NCBI GenBank assembly: GCA_963809485.1
Contig: CAWEJX010000008.1
Span: 32,001 to 96,000, forward strand
DNA from: an uncultured Acidobacteriota bacterium
GTDB lineage: Bacteria > Acidobacteriota > UBA6911
Reading direction: 5' to 3'
DNA length: 64,000 nucleotides
Part shown: in pieces, positions 1 through 10,270 of the stretch
Position numbering within the stretch: the first letter of the stretch is position 1
How the letters are laid out: every line of letters begins with the position of its first letter
Made by a program: the position numbers and the translations under genes
The notes under the pieces: generated by a model
Told to the model about the DNA's origin: nothing
The model's input: only the letters and a program-made list of their open reading frames with translations
Database searches by the model: none

Positions 1-471
1 CCCATCGAAAAAATCTACCTGATTGAAATAATCCGCGGCCTGGCTCTTACCGCGAAACACTTCGCCGTCAATTTCCCCCGGCATGTCATCCGCGGTCTGG
101 GCTTCAAGATCGGCAAAGGCGAAACCGTCACCATAGAATACCCGGAAGAGCGCCGGCCCTACGCAGGAAGGCTGCGGACGCGGCATCGGCTAACGCGACG
201 GCAGGATGGCTCCCCGAGGTGCGTTGCATGCATGATGTGCGAAACGATTTGCCCGGCGCACTGCATTCATATAGTCGCGGCTGAAAATCCGGATCCGAAT
301 ATCGAAAAAATGCCCGGGACTTTCGATATTGATATCGGGGTCTGCGTGTTCTGCGGCTTTTGTGTGGAGGCCTGTCCGGAAGACGCCATCCGGATGGACA
401 CGGGAGTCGTGGAACTGGCCGCGTACACCCGTGAAGGAATGATTTACAGGATGGACCAGCTGCTCGGCTGA
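1..471 (+). CDS. nuoI: NADH-quinone oxidoreductase subunit I (5' end outside window)
   Basis: Frame 1 is open from base 1: ...ETVTIEYPEERR...RHRL...CVACMMCETICP...CVFCGFCVEACP. It has two 4Fe-4S motifs and the NuoI TxxYP motif. Confidence 0.9.
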   Translation, partial: PIEKIYLIEIIRGLALTAKHFAVNFPRHVIRGLGFKIGKGETVTIEYPEERRPYAGRLRTRHRLTRRQDGSPRCVACMMCETICPAHCIHIVAAENPDPNIEKMPGTFDIDIGVCVFCGFCVEACPEDAIRMDTGVVELAAYTREGMIYRMDQLLG

Positions 472-544
472 ATCGGCAACTTCCGGAAAAACTGCGCGAC
501 TGACTGCGGACCTCCCCAATCTGTTGGATGCGTTCCGCTCGCTT

Positions 545-762
545 CAGCCTCTGACAAAAATATCGAATGTCGAATTTCGAATGTCGAGCCGCAGAAGTCA
601 GGATCGGACTTCGAAATTCATTGTTCTGAATTCGACATTCTGCGGTTCAATTAACTGCAAAGGCCTTTAAAGCTCAGGAAACTTCCTTTATCTTTGGTTG
701 GCCGCGGTCAAGCTTCCTTTGGGGGCAGCAGCCGCAAAGCCTCCGGCTCTGCGGAGGATCCT
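545..762 (+). repeat. Family 2 dispersed palindromic element, copy 1 (degenerate)
   Basis: Shares cgaatttcgaatgtcga..cgcagaag...tcgaaattca...attctgcggttcaa...gaaacttcctttatcttt...aagcctccggctctg.cggagga with 12080-12355 and 23540-23827. Confidence 0.8.
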
Positions 763-794
763 CACCGGCCCGATGGAACCCGGGACTGGTATCC

Positions 795-823
795 TTGACT
801 CCCTTTGCTGACCGAGGTACTAT
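795..823 (+). promoter_or_regulatory. Sigma70-type promoter upstream of lpdA
   Basis: TTGACT (795-800), 17 bp spacer, TACTAT (818-823). Confidence 0.6.
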
Positions 824-999
824 GGAATTGCTGTAAATGGGTGTCCTAAAGCAACTTGTGAGGAATCGGGGCGTGGCCCGATTCAGGCTGGAAATTGTCT
901 CATAGCAATTGGGGCGGCCCGGCTGCCACACGTGCCTCGGTTCAAACCGGCACAGGGTTCATGCTTAACCACTGAATCAAAACGTCCTATCCGGAAGAG

Positions 1000-2412
1000 G
1001 TGACCTTGAGCACAGAGGATATTTCCTATGATGTTGCGGTTATCGGCAGCGGCCCAGGCGGTTATGTCGCGGCCATCAAGGGCGCCCAGCTTGGGCTGAA
1101 AGTGGCGCTGATTGAAAAATATTCAAGGCTGGGAGGGACCTGCCTCAATTGGGGCTGCATTCCCACAAAGTCGCTCCTGATGAACGCGGATCTCTATGAA
1201 AAGGTCATGCAGGGCAAGGAATTCGGCATCATCTGCCAGGACATCAGCCTTGATTTCCGACTGATAAAAGCGCGCAAGGACAAAATCGTCAAGAAGCTGG
1301 TCGCGGGCGTGGATTTTCTCATGAAGAAGAACAAAATCGACGTCCTGCGCGGCAGGGGAAAGCTCATCGCCCCGGGTACAATCCAGGTAGAAGGGGATGC
1401 TACGACGGAAGTGCATGCCCGGAACATAGTGATTGCATCCGGTTCCGAGTCAAAACTGCTGCCCGGCCTTGACCTTGACGGCCGCACCATCCTGACCAAC
1501 AAGGAGATTCTGGATCTGGAGAGTGTGCCGAAATCGCTCCTGATCATTGGATCGGGCGCTCTGGGCATCGAATTCGCCTCGATTTTCTCGCGTTTTGGTT
1601 CCGACGTTACGGTCGTGGAGATGCTTCCGCGCGTTCTTCCGCTCGAGGATGCCGATATCTCCGAAGAAGCGCGCAGGTTGTTGACGAAGAAGCGCATCAA
1701 ATTTCTTACGGATGCGCGTCTGGAGGAAATCGTTGTCCGGGACGGCAACGTGCATGCAACGGTTTCATTGCCGAAGGGAGAGACGGCGGCCATCGTGGCG
1801 GAAAAAGCCCTGATTGCCGTAGGGCGTAAGCCGGTGACCGAAGATTTGGGCCTGGAGAAGCTCCATGTATCCACTTCGCGCGGTTTCATAACGGTGGATA
1901 AAGGCATGCAGACAAACATCCCCGGCATCTACGCAATCGGCGATGTCGTGCCGACACAGGCTCTGGCTCATCTTGCCTCGCATGAGGGGATGCTTGCCAT
2001 GGAAACGATCGCGGGCAGAGCCGCGACGCCCATCAACTACGACCTGGTTCCAAGTTGTGTCTTCTGCCATCCCGAGGTTGCGAGCATCGGGCTCAGCGAA
2101 GCCACGGCGCGTGAAAGGGGATTCGAGGTCGTAACGGCCAGGTTTCCTTTTGCCGCCGTGAGCAAGGCCGCGATTCTCGGGGCCAACGAAGGATTTGTAA
2201 AGATTGTCAGCGAAAAGAAATATAAGCAGATCCTGGGTGTCCACATGATCGGGCCGCAGGTGACCGAGCTGGTTACGGAAGGGGCGGCCTTGATAGGACT
2301 CGAAGCCACCGCGGCCGACCTGTCTCATCTGATCCATCCACACCCCACAGTATCGGAGGGAATCATGGAGGCGGCGCACGCGCTTTATAGCGGGGCTGCC
2401 ATCCATATTTAA
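1000..2412 (+). CDS. lpdA: Dihydrolipoamide dehydrogenase (E3)
   Basis: GSGPGG FAD motif, GGTCLNWGCIP redox disulfide, C-terminal HPHPTVSE. Confidence 0.95.
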   Translation: MTLSTEDISYDVAVIGSGPGGYVAAIKGAQLGLKVALIEKYSRLGGTCLNWGCIPTKSLLMNADLYEKVMQGKEFGIICQDISLDFRLIKARKDKIVKKLVAGVDFLMKKNKIDVLRGRGKLIAPGTIQVEGDATTEVHARNIVIASGSESKLLPGLDLDGRTILTNKEILDLESVPKSLLIIGSGALGIEFASIFSRFGSDVTVVEMLPRVLPLEDADISEEARRLLTKKRIKFLTDARLEEIVVRDGNVHATVSLPKGETAAIVAEKALIAVGRKPVTEDLGLEKLHVSTSRGFITVDKGMQTNIPGIYAIGDVVPTQALAHLASHEGMLAMETIAGRAATPINYDLVPSCVFCHPEVASIGLSEATARERGFEVVTARFPFAAVSKAAILGANEGFVKIVSEKKYKQILGVHMIGPQVTELVTEGAALIGLEATAADLSHLIHPHPTVSEGIMEAAHALYSGAAIHI

Positions 2413-2419
2413 CAGACGC

Positions 2420-3172
2420 GTGACCGCTACCAAAAGCTGCCTGAGGCTCTGGCTGGGAGCCGTTTCGTATCCTGAGGCGCTCGATCTGCAGATGAAGATC
2501 TGCGCGGCGAAACGATGCGGCTTTGAAAGCGACGTGCTCCTGCTGCTGGAGCATCCGCCGACGATTACGCTGGGACGAAGCGCCAGGCAGAACCATCTCC
2601 TGGTATCGGAGGATGAACTGAAGTCCCGGAGCGTAGGCCTGTGGACCGCGGACCGCGGAGGGGATGTCACCTTCCATGGACCGGGGCAGCTGGTCGGCTA
2701 TCCCATTCTGACGCTCGGCGCCGGAGAACGGGATGTGCACGGATACATGAGAAACCTGGAGGAATCCCTTATACGCCTCCTTGCAGGCTATGGCATCGAA
2801 GGGGCGCGCGACGCGAAATTTACGGGCGTGTGGACCCGGCAGGGAAAAATCGGCGCCATGGGAGTCCACATCAGCCGTTGGGTAACGCGCCATGGATTTG
2901 CCTTGAACGTCAATACGGATTTGTCCTTCTATAATCTGATTGTGCCGTGCGGGATCGTGGGCCGGGGAGTAACGTCGATGCAAGTCCTGTTGTCCCGCAC
3001 TTTCGATATGGCGGAGGTTGCGGAGAGATTTGCCGGAGAATTCGGACGCGTTTTTAGCCGGGAATTGATCCCCATAAACGAAAACGCGCTGCATGAGGAG
3101 CTTAAGCGTTTCAGGCAGGATGAAGCGGGGAAGGATGCGTCCGACGCATTGCTCAGGACTTCAACCGTCTAG
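2420..3172 (+). CDS. lipB: Lipoyl(octanoyl) transferase
   Basis: LLEHPPTITLG, DRGGDVTFHGPGQLVGY, KIGAMG, HGFALN, IVPCG motifs. Confidence 0.95.
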   Translation: MTATKSCLRLWLGAVSYPEALDLQMKICAAKRCGFESDVLLLLEHPPTITLGRSARQNHLLVSEDELKSRSVGLWTADRGGDVTFHGPGQLVGYPILTLGAGERDVHGYMRNLEESLIRLLAGYGIEGARDAKFTGVWTRQGKIGAMGVHISRWVTRHGFALNVNTDLSFYNLIVPCGIVGRGVTSMQVLLSRTFDMAEVAERFAGEFGRVFSRELIPINENALHEELKRFRQDEAGKDASDALLRTSTV

Positions 3173-3286
3173 CCCTGCCTGAAAATCCTGCCTGCCGCAT
3201 TGCTCAGGCGGGCATGGATAATCCAGATTGAAGGTTACCGGTTGTGTAATTTGAACGCACATGTTCCAATACACGTTCCGGCAGGA

Positions 3287-3497
3287 AGTCAGGCACCTCC
3301 GGAAAAGCCGGAAGCTTGAAAGATTGGAACCGCTCAAAGCGGTTGGAGGAGTTACGCTGGTCTTGAACGCTGACTTACGCCGACACTCGCCGAACAAATC
3401 GGCGTTTGTCAGCGCTTTTGTCAGCGTATCTCAGCGTTTCAAAATACGGAGCCGTCAAACTCTATGAGTGCCCCGGCAGAGCCGGGGGGTTACCAAT
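3287..3497 (-). mobile_element. Family 1 non-autonomous element with IS200/IS605-like hairpin ends, copy A (internal inverted-repeat block deleted)
   Basis: Both terminal hairpins (ccggcagagccgggg; ctccggaaaagccgga) and aaccgctcaaagcggtt match six other copies. Confidence 0.75.
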
Positions 3498-3594
3498 TAT
3501 TTGCGAGGTCAGGGCCTGCAAGCTGCAGGATTTGGGCGAATGGCGCAGGGTCCGTACGGACACCGGATGACAAATTCAGGAGGTGCGACATCCC

Positions 3595-4989
3595 ATGGCG
3601 ATTAAGGTATTGATGCCCCAAATGGGCGAATCCGTTTTCGAGGGCACGCTGACGAAGTGGCTGAAAAAGCCGGGCGATGCGGTGGTCCGCGATGAACCGC
3701 TATTTGAGATATCCACCGACAAGGTGGATTCGGAAATCCCCTCTCCAGCATCCGGAATTTTAAGCGAAATTCTGGTCGGTGAAGGCAAAACCATCCAGAT
3801 CAATACCATCTTGGCCATTATCACGGAAGCGGGCGAACAGGAAAAGGCGCCATCGGACTCCGGTGTCACGGCGGAGGCTGCCAAGGCTGCTCCCGCTGCG
3901 GAGCCTGAGAATCTTCCTGAACCGAAAGAAGCCGCGGTTGAGCCCGTGCCTCCCTCGCCGCCCGCAGCCGCGGGCCCGCAATCCGCAGGGCCTGCAATCA
4001 GGGTCCAGGACATCCGGACCTCACCCCTGGTTCGAAAGCTCGCGCGCGAACACAGCCTTGATCTGAGCCAGATCCGCGGAACGGGCCAGGAGGGACGCAT
4101 CACGAAGGACGACGTGCTTCAATATCTGTCCCGAAAAGAGCCGGTACCCGCAGCGGCAGCACTCGAAGTGATACCGCCGCCGGCACAACCTGAGAGCGCG
4201 CTGTCCGGGACGCCCTCCCTGGCCTCTGACGGCATCCCTGCCCCGGAGCCGGAAGCAAAGGCTGCTCCGCCTGCACCTGAGCTGATGCGGTTCATGGGCG
4301 AGTCGCAGACCGAAGCCATGACGCCGATGCGGAAGGCCATCGCCGATCACATGGTTCTGAGCAAGCGAACTTCCGCGCACGTGAACACTTTTTTCGAGGT
4401 GGACATGAGCGCGATCGTGCAGCTGCGCGAGAGCCACAAAGTGGATTTCATGAGACGGGAAGGAATCCCCCTGACCTTCTCTCCGTTTTTCGCAAAGGCT
4501 CTAGTCGATATTGTCCGTGAATTCCCAGTATTCAATGCCTCGGTGTCGGGCGACACCATCCTATACAAAAAACCTGTAAATCTCGGGATTGCCGTGGCGC
4601 TGGATACGGGGCTGATTGTGCCGGTTGTGAAGAACGCTCATCTTAAAAGCTTCACCGGGCTTTCGCTTGCCATGTTCGATCTGGCCGAGCGGGCCCGAAG
4701 CAAAAGACTCAAACCGGATGACGTGCAGAACGGCACCATCAGCATGACCAATCCCGGAAGTTTTGGCGGCCTTTTCAATACGCCCATCATCAGCCAGCCC
4801 CAGGTCGCCATCCTGGGGATCGGGGGGATCGAGAAACGTCCCGTGGTGATTCAGGATGCTATCGCCATCCGTTCCATGGTCTACCTGTCCCTCACTTTTG
4901 ACCACCGCATCATCGATGGGGCCGTTGCGGACCGGTTCATGGCCAGGCTCAAGGAGAGGCTGCAATCCTGGACGCAATGGATTGACTGA
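3595..4989 (+). CDS. 2-oxoacid dehydrogenase E2 (dihydrolipoamide acyltransferase, SucB/AceF family)
   Basis: Lipoyl domain (EISTDKVDSEI), E3-binding domain (GTGQEGRITKDDV), catalytic DHRIIDG. AGGAGG lies upstream of ATG 3595. Confidence 0.92.
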   Translation: MAIKVLMPQMGESVFEGTLTKWLKKPGDAVVRDEPLFEISTDKVDSEIPSPASGILSEILVGEGKTIQINTILAIITEAGEQEKAPSDSGVTAEAAKAAPAAEPENLPEPKEAAVEPVPPSPPAAAGPQSAGPAIRVQDIRTSPLVRKLAREHSLDLSQIRGTGQEGRITKDDVLQYLSRKEPVPAAAALEVIPPPAQPESALSGTPSLASDGIPAPEPEAKAAPPAPELMRFMGESQTEAMTPMRKAIADHMVLSKRTSAHVNTFFEVDMSAIVQLRESHKVDFMRREGIPLTFSPFFAKALVDIVREFPVFNASVSGDTILYKKPVNLGIAVALDTGLIVPVVKNAHLKSFTGLSLAMFDLAERARSKRLKPDDVQNGTISMTNPGSFGGLFNTPIISQPQVAILGIGGIEKRPVVIQDAIAIRSMVYLSLTFDHRIIDGAVADRFMARLKERLQSWTQWID

Positions 4990-5079
4990 CCGGTGTGACT
5001 GCAAAGCCCGGGATCTCAGGCCGGACGATGCTCCATTGAAACACGCGGACAGGGTCGCTTAAATTCAAAAGTGAAGGCG

Positions 5080-5467
5080 AGTCCGGCAGCTCCGGCAAAG
5101 CCGGAGGCTTGAAAGATTTAAACCGCTCAAAGCGGTTGGGCTAGTTGCGCCGGTCTTGAACGCTGACTTACGCGGGCAAAAGCCGATGAGGCGCTTCCGA
5201 TCCCCGCAGGGCCCAGCGCTCCGCGCTGGACAGTTTTCTGCGGCGGCACTGTGGCAAGAGCGCCGTGCGGCAAGCAGATGAAGGGTATGAGAAACCGGGC
5301 GTTTGCCACAGTGCCGCCGCAGAAAACTGCATCGGAAGCGCCTCATCGGCTTTTGCTCGCCGACCCTCGCCGAACAAATCGGCGTTTGTCCGCGCATTTA
5401 TCAGCGTTTCAAAATATGGAGCTGTCAAACTCTTTGAGTCCCCCGGCAGAGCCGGGGATTTACAAAT
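5080..5467 (-). mobile_element. Family 1 element, copy B (full length, nested inverted repeats)
   Basis: IR1 at 5178-5201/5331-5354 (24 bp perfect) and IR2 at 5232-5257/5303-5328 (26 bp perfect), with terminal hairpins. Confidence 0.8.
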
Positions 5468-5642
5468 GTAATCACTGCTTTCGCGGGTTGCCGTATCTGC
5501 GATGAAATCCGGCGCCGCATTGCGCGGCGGCCGGGAGGTTCAATTTTCCGAGGAATTTCTTGAAAAACCGGGCACCGGCAGATATGGTAGCCGTCAAAAA
5601 GCAATCAACGGTTTGGCCGCTCCGCGGTTTCGGAGACGAACT

Positions 5643-6032
5643 ATGCTATTGAGCTTTGCAGGCGTTCTGGTTTTCCTGGTGGTGGGTTTTATCATCCTGG
5701 CGCTCGTGCTTTGGTTTTCGCGCCTCATCCAGCCTAAAGGCACGTCCGGGCCCGATAAATACATTCCCTACGAATGCGGCGAAATCCCGGAAGGTTCCGC
5801 CTGGATACAGTTCAACATCCGCTTTTATGTTTTCGCTTTGATATTCATCATCTTTGACGTGGAGATCATCTGCCTTCTGCCCTGGGCAGTGGTTTTCCGC
5901 AAACTTGGGAGTCTCGCCTTCATCGAGGGGCTTATTTTCATCGGCATCCTTGCCGTGGGGCTGGCGTATGTCTGGAAGAAGGGCGATCTGGAATGGATTA
6001 AGGCCGGAGATCTCGAATCGCTGCGGAAATAG
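5643..6032 (+). CDS. nuoA: NADH-quinone oxidoreductase subunit A
   Basis: PYECG, FYVFALIFIIFDVE, WKKGDLEW. Start moved to ATG 5643, which follows GGAGA. Confidence 0.95.
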   Translation: MLLSFAGVLVFLVVGFIILALVLWFSRLIQPKGTSGPDKYIPYECGEIPEGSAWIQFNIRFYVFALIFIIFDVEIICLLPWAVVFRKLGSLAFIEGLIFIGILAVGLAYVWKKGDLEWIKAGDLESLRK

Positions 6033-6079
6033 GTTTTTGGAAATACGGCATTCGCGTTTGATGGGGAAGGGAAACCGGA

Positions 6080-6583
6080 ATGGGTGTCATCGAGGGCAAA
6101 TTTGAAGAAAATGTGGTGATCACGTCCCTGGACTGGATTTTCAACTGGGCCCGCTCCAATTCGCCCTGGCCCCTGTCCTTCGGCCTGGCCTGCTGCGCCA
6201 TCGAGATGATGGCGACAGGCGCAGCGAGGTACGATCTGGCGCGATTCGGGGCGGAGGTATTCCGCGGCTCCCCGCGCCAGGCGGATATAATGATCGTGGC
6301 CGGGACGGTATCCCTGAAGATGGCGTCGAGGCTTAAAAGGCTTTACGACCAGATGGCTTCGCCGAAATACGTTATCTCCATGGGCAGCTGCGCCAACAAA
6401 GGAGGCCCGTACTGGAAGTACGGATATCATGTCCTGAAAGGCGTGGATTTGGTGGTGCCGGTGGACGTGTATGTGCCGGGGTGCCCGCCGCGGCCCGAAT
6501 CCTTGATAGAAGGGATCCTTAAACTGCAGCAAAAAATCAGAAACGAAACGATCGCCAAAAAAGGCAAGGAAGGTACTGCATGA
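6080..6583 (+). CDS. nuoB: NADH-quinone oxidoreductase subunit B
   Basis: [31 protein letters not shown]. Confidence 0.95.
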   Translation: MGVIEGKFEENVVITSLDWIFNWARSNSPWPLSFGLACCAIEMMATGAARYDLARFGAEVFRGSPRQADIMIVAGTVSLKMASRLKRLYDQMASPKYVISMGSCANKGGPYWKYGYHVLKGVDLVVPVDVYVPGCPPRPESLIEGILKLQQKIRNETIAKKGKEGTA

Positions 6584-7047
6584 TCCCGCAGGAAATCGCT
6601 GCGCTGCTGGCCGAATCTTTCGGCGGCAAGGTGCTGGAATCCAATCCGGATGCCCTCATGGCCTGGAGCGCGGTGGAGCCGTCTTCGCTGTTCGAGGTTT
6701 GCCGGTTTTTTCGCACGGACAGCCGTCTCGATATGGACCACCTTGAGCTGCTGGGCGGGGCCGATTACAAGGACCGCATCGAGGTGGTGTATATCCTTTA
6801 TTCCATGAAGCACCACCACCGCTACACGATAAAATGCCGCCTTCCCCGGCAGGCTCCCGCCGTGCAGACCGTCGAATCGTTGTGGAGCGTCGCCAACTGG
6901 CACGAGCGGGAGGCCTACGATATGTTCGGAATTGTGTTTGAAGGGCACAGCGATCTGCGCAGGATCCTTTGCCCGGACGATTGGGAAGGGTACCCGCTGC
7001 GCAAAGATTATGTGCTCCCCACAAGCTATCACGACATGCCGGTTTAG
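6580..7047 (+). CDS. nuoC: NADH-quinone oxidoreductase subunit C
   Basis: [19 protein letters not shown]...LRRIL...GYPLRKDY. Confidence 0.95.
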   Translation: MIPQEIAALLAESFGGKVLESNPDALMAWSAVEPSSLFEVCRFFRTDSRLDMDHLELLGGADYKDRIEVVYILYSMKHHHRYTIKCRLPRQAPAVQTVESLWSVANWHEREAYDMFGIVFEGHSDLRRILCPDDWEGYPLRKDYVLPTSYHDMPV

Positions 7048-7057
7048 GAGAGGATAG

Positions 7058-8179
7058 ATGGACGCATCATATAGCGGCGAGGTCATGACGCTGAACATGG
7101 GGCCGCAGCACCCTTCGACGCACGGAGTCCTGCGTCTCGAGCTGAAAACGGACGGCGAAATCGTCGCCGATGCCATTCCGCACATCGGGTATCTCCACCG
7201 TTGTTTTGAAAAACACGCGGAGAATATTGAATACCCCGGGATTATTCCCTTCACGGACAGGATGGACTACTGTGCGGCTATGAATATGGAGCTCGGGTAC
7301 GTCCTTGCGATCGAGAAGCTCATGGATATACGGATCAACAACCGGGTGCGTTGCCTGCGGATTATCATGGCCGAACTGGGGCGTATCGCCAGCCACCTGA
7401 TTGCGGCCGGCACTTACGGCAACGACATCGGATCTTTTACTCCATTCATGTGGTGCTTCCGGGACCGCGAAACGATTCTGGATCTGTTCGAGGAAACCTG
7501 TGGCGCGCGCCTGCTTTACAACTACAACTGGATTGGCGGCTTGATGTACGACGTCAATCCCGGATTCGAAAAAAAGGTGCTCGAGTTCCTGGATTATTTC
7601 GAGCCCCAGGTCGACAACCTCAACCGGTTGCTTTCCGATAACGTCATATTTATCCGCCGCACGGCGCACGTGGGTATTCTTCCTCCCGAGCTGGCCATCA
7701 GCTACGGAGTAACGGGACCCAACCTTCGCGGCAGCGGAGTCGCTTTCGACGTGCGCAGGGACGAGCCGTACCTCGGCTATGAAGATTTCGATTTCGATGT
7801 GGCTGTGGGCAAAGCGGATTACGGGCCGATGGGATCCTGTTGGGACCGCTACATGGTCCGCATCCGCGAGGTCAAGGAAAGCTGCAAGATAGTGCGCCAG
7901 GCTATCGCCAGGCTGACGCCCGGTGACGTCCACGAATCCGTGCCCAAGCGCGTGAAACCTCCCGCTGGAGAGATCTATATGCGCACGGAATGCCCCCGCG
8001 GGGAGCTGGGCTACTATATTGTCAGCGACGGCAGCACCAAACCCTACCGGGTCAAGGTGAAATCTCCTTGCTTCACGGTAATGAGCGCCTTCAGGGAAGT
8101 GAGCAGGGGAGCCATGATTGCCGACATCATCGCAATCCTCGGCAGTTTTGACATCGTGCTGGGTGAAATCGACCGCTAG
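7058..8179 (+). CDS. nuoD: NADH-quinone oxidoreductase subunit D
   Basis: [21 protein letters not shown]-terminal DIVLGEIDR. No NiFe CxxC ligands. Confidence 0.95.
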   Translation: MDASYSGEVMTLNMGPQHPSTHGVLRLELKTDGEIVADAIPHIGYLHRCFEKHAENIEYPGIIPFTDRMDYCAAMNMELGYVLAIEKLMDIRINNRVRCLRIIMAELGRIASHLIAAGTYGNDIGSFTPFMWCFRDRETILDLFEETCGARLLYNYNWIGGLMYDVNPGFEKKVLEFLDYFEPQVDNLNRLLSDNVIFIRRTAHVGILPPELAISYGVTGPNLRGSGVAFDVRRDEPYLGYEDFDFDVAVGKADYGPMGSCWDRYMVRIREVKESCKIVRQAIARLTPGDVHESVPKRVKPPAGEIYMRTECPRGELGYYIVSDGSTKPYRVKVKSPCFTVMSAFREVSRGAMIADIIAILGSFDIVLGEIDR

Positions 8180-8192
8180 CAGAGGAAGCCTG

Positions 8193-9242
8193 ATGGAATC
8201 TGTTGTCCGGATTTTGCAGTGGATACCGAAATACGATCATCTCCCGGAGCTTGCGCGCGTCGCGATTCCCCTCCTGATAAGCTGCCTGCTCGTGTTCGCG
8301 CTGCTGGCCCTGATGGTTCTTTTCCTGGTGTGGCTCGAGAGAAAGGTTTCGGCGCATGTACAGGACCGCCTGGGGCCGATGGTGGTGGGAGGATGGCATG
8401 GCTGGGCGCAAACGATTGCCGACGCGCTTAAGCTCCTGCTGAAGGAGGATATCGTCCCGGCGTCCACGGACAGGATGCTGTTCAAGACGGCGCCTTTCGT
8501 CGTGTTCCTCGGCGCCTTCACCGCCTATGTGGTCGTGCCGTTCGGCGCCTCGTCGTTTGTCACCGATTTGAACATCGGGATTCTCTATATCGTCGCGGCC
8601 TCCAGCCTTTCCGTCGTGGGCATCATCATGGCGGGGTGGGCATCCAACAACAAGTATTCGCTTTACGGAGGCATGCGCGCGGCGGCCCAGATCATCAGCT
8701 ATGAAATTCCTGCCGCCATGGCCATTATGACGGTGGTCATCTATGCGGGAAGCCTGTCGATGGTGGATATCGTGAACGCCCAGAAGGGCGGAATCCAGAA
8801 CTGGTTCATTTTCCGCAATCCCTTTGTCTTTCTGGGATTCATAATTTATTTCATCGCGTCTCTGGCCGAAGTCAACCGCACCCCTTTTGACATTCCCGAG
8901 GCCGAGTCGGAGCTTGTGGCCGGATTCCACACCGAATACTCCGGGATGCGTTTCGCGTTTTTCTTCCTGGCCGAATATGCCAATATGTATCTCGTTGCGG
9001 CCGTCGCCACCGCGCTTTTTCTGGGCGGGTGGACCCAGGTCCTGCCGGCGTCTGTGGCTCCGCAACTTCTGCCGGGACCGATTTTATTCCTGCTGAAATC
9101 GCTAGCGCTCATATTTCTTCAGATGTGGGTGCGCTGGTCGCTGCCGCGTCTGCGGGTCGACCAACTGATGTATCTGAGCTGGAAAATATTGTTGCCCATT
9201 TCGCTGGTGCTGATACTGGGCGTCGGATGGCTGGCCGTATAA
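8193..9242 (+). CDS. nuoH: NADH-quinone oxidoreductase subunit H
   Basis: [53 protein letters not shown]. Confidence 0.95.
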   Translation: MESVVRILQWIPKYDHLPELARVAIPLLISCLLVFALLALMVLFLVWLERKVSAHVQDRLGPMVVGGWHGWAQTIADALKLLLKEDIVPASTDRMLFKTAPFVVFLGAFTAYVVVPFGASSFVTDLNIGILYIVAASSLSVVGIIMAGWASNNKYSLYGGMRAAAQIISYEIPAAMAIMTVVIYAGSLSMVDIVNAQKGGIQNWFIFRNPFVFLGFIIYFIASLAEVNRTPFDIPEAESELVAGFHTEYSGMRFAFFFLAEYANMYLVAAVATALFLGGWTQVLPASVAPQLLPGPILFLLKSLALIFLQMWVRWSLPRLRVDQLMYLSWKILLPISLVLILGVGWLAV

Positions 9243-9266
9243 AGACTGGAGTCTCAGGGGACTTTT

Positions 9267-9755
9267 ATGTGGACGTACTTCAAGGATCTCGGTCTTGGCA
9301 TTATGACCGTCCTGAATTCTATGGCGGTTGCCTGCCGCCATTTTTTCACTCCAGCCGTCACCCTTCAGTACCCAGCGGTCAAATGGACGATGCCCGAGCG
9401 ATCCAGGGCGAGGCTTTTCAACAGGATCGAGGACTGCATCGGCTGCAGCCAATGCGCGCGGGTCTGTCCGACCAGCTGCATCACGATAAAAACTGAAAAG
9501 CGCGGCAGGGACGAACCCGAATTATTCGCGTCCAACGGAATGGCGATCAAGATGCGCACCTTTCTGTACGACATCGACACTTCGCTCTGCTGTTACTGCG
9601 GGCTGTGCACGTTCGCCTGCCCGACGCATTGCCTGGTTATGACGACCGATTATGAGAACTCCGTCTACGACAAGAACGAGCATATCTTCCACTTTGCCAA
9701 AGAAAAGCCGGCCGCCGGCGGCGCACTCAAAGATGCGCCTGCGGTTCAGGCCTGA
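9267..9755 (+). CDS. nuoI: NADH-quinone oxidoreductase subunit I (second copy)
   Basis: VTLQYP, CIGCSQCARVCP, CCYCGLCTFACP; lies between nuoH and nuoJ. Confidence 0.92.
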   Translation: MWTYFKDLGLGIMTVLNSMAVACRHFFTPAVTLQYPAVKWTMPERSRARLFNRIEDCIGCSQCARVCPTSCITIKTEKRGRDEPELFASNGMAIKMRTFLYDIDTSLCCYCGLCTFACPTHCLVMTTDYENSVYDKNEHIFHFAKEKPAAGGALKDAPAVQA

Positions 9756-9763
9756 AACCGCCT

Positions 9764-10270
9764 ATGGAAAATAGTCTGATTGTCCCGATTGTTTTTTATT
9801 TTTTCGCCGCCATAACCATCGGCTCGGCCATGATTGTGGTTTTTGCGCGGAACCTCATACATTCCGCGTTCGCGCTGCTGTTTACGTTCGGCGGCGTCGC
9901 TGCGCTTTATGCTTTCATAGGCGCCGATTTTCTCGCAGCGACCCAGATGGTGATTTATGTCGGCGGGATTCTGGTGCTGTTGCTGTTCGGCGTCATGCTC
10001 ACCCATAAGCTGTACGACCTGAATCTTAAAGCGGAGACCTACCAGGTCTGGCCGGGCACCGCAGCCGTGCTGGTGGTGTTTGCTTTGCTGGTGACCTTCA
10101 TGCTGCGGACCCGCTGGTTCAGCGGCGGAAGGGGCGGGGATGATCCGACGACGGCCGCTATCGGAGAACTCTTCATGCAGGACTACATACTCCCATTCGA
10201 GGTTGCGTCGATTCTTCTGCTGATCGCTTTGATCGGCGCGGCCATGATTGTCAGGAGAAGACCCGAATGA
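9764..10270 (+). CDS. nuoJ: NADH-quinone oxidoreductase subunit J
   Basis: Q..IYVGGILVLLLFGVML, PFEVASILLLIALIGA. Confidence 0.93.
   Translation: MENSLIVPIVFYFFAAITIGSAMIVVFARNLIHSAFALLFTFGGVAALYAFIGADFLAATQMVIYVGGILVLLLFGVMLTHKLYDLNLKAETYQVWPGTAAVLVVFALLVTFMLRTRWFSGGRGGDDPTTAAIGELFMQDYILPFEVASILLLIALIGAAMIVRRRPE

Noticed and set aside
730-760. cgcaaagcctccggc resembles part of a c-di-GMP-I riboswitch
   Set aside because: The upstream GGCAAAC/GNRA P2 stem is missing; the sequence is explained as the right-end hairpin of the repeat family.
5065-5505. Recurrent short ORFs in the repeats (e.g. 3261-3467, 5065-5397, 14094-14525, 20239-20565, 61174-61497)
   Set aside because: They are translations of the family 1 element. 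Frames, starts and stops differ between copies and indels break them. No HUH/Y1 transposase motif is present.
7058-8179. Group 4 [NiFe]-hydrogenase large subunit
   Set aside because: No N- or C-terminal CxxC Ni ligands; it has the quinone-site motifs of NuoD.
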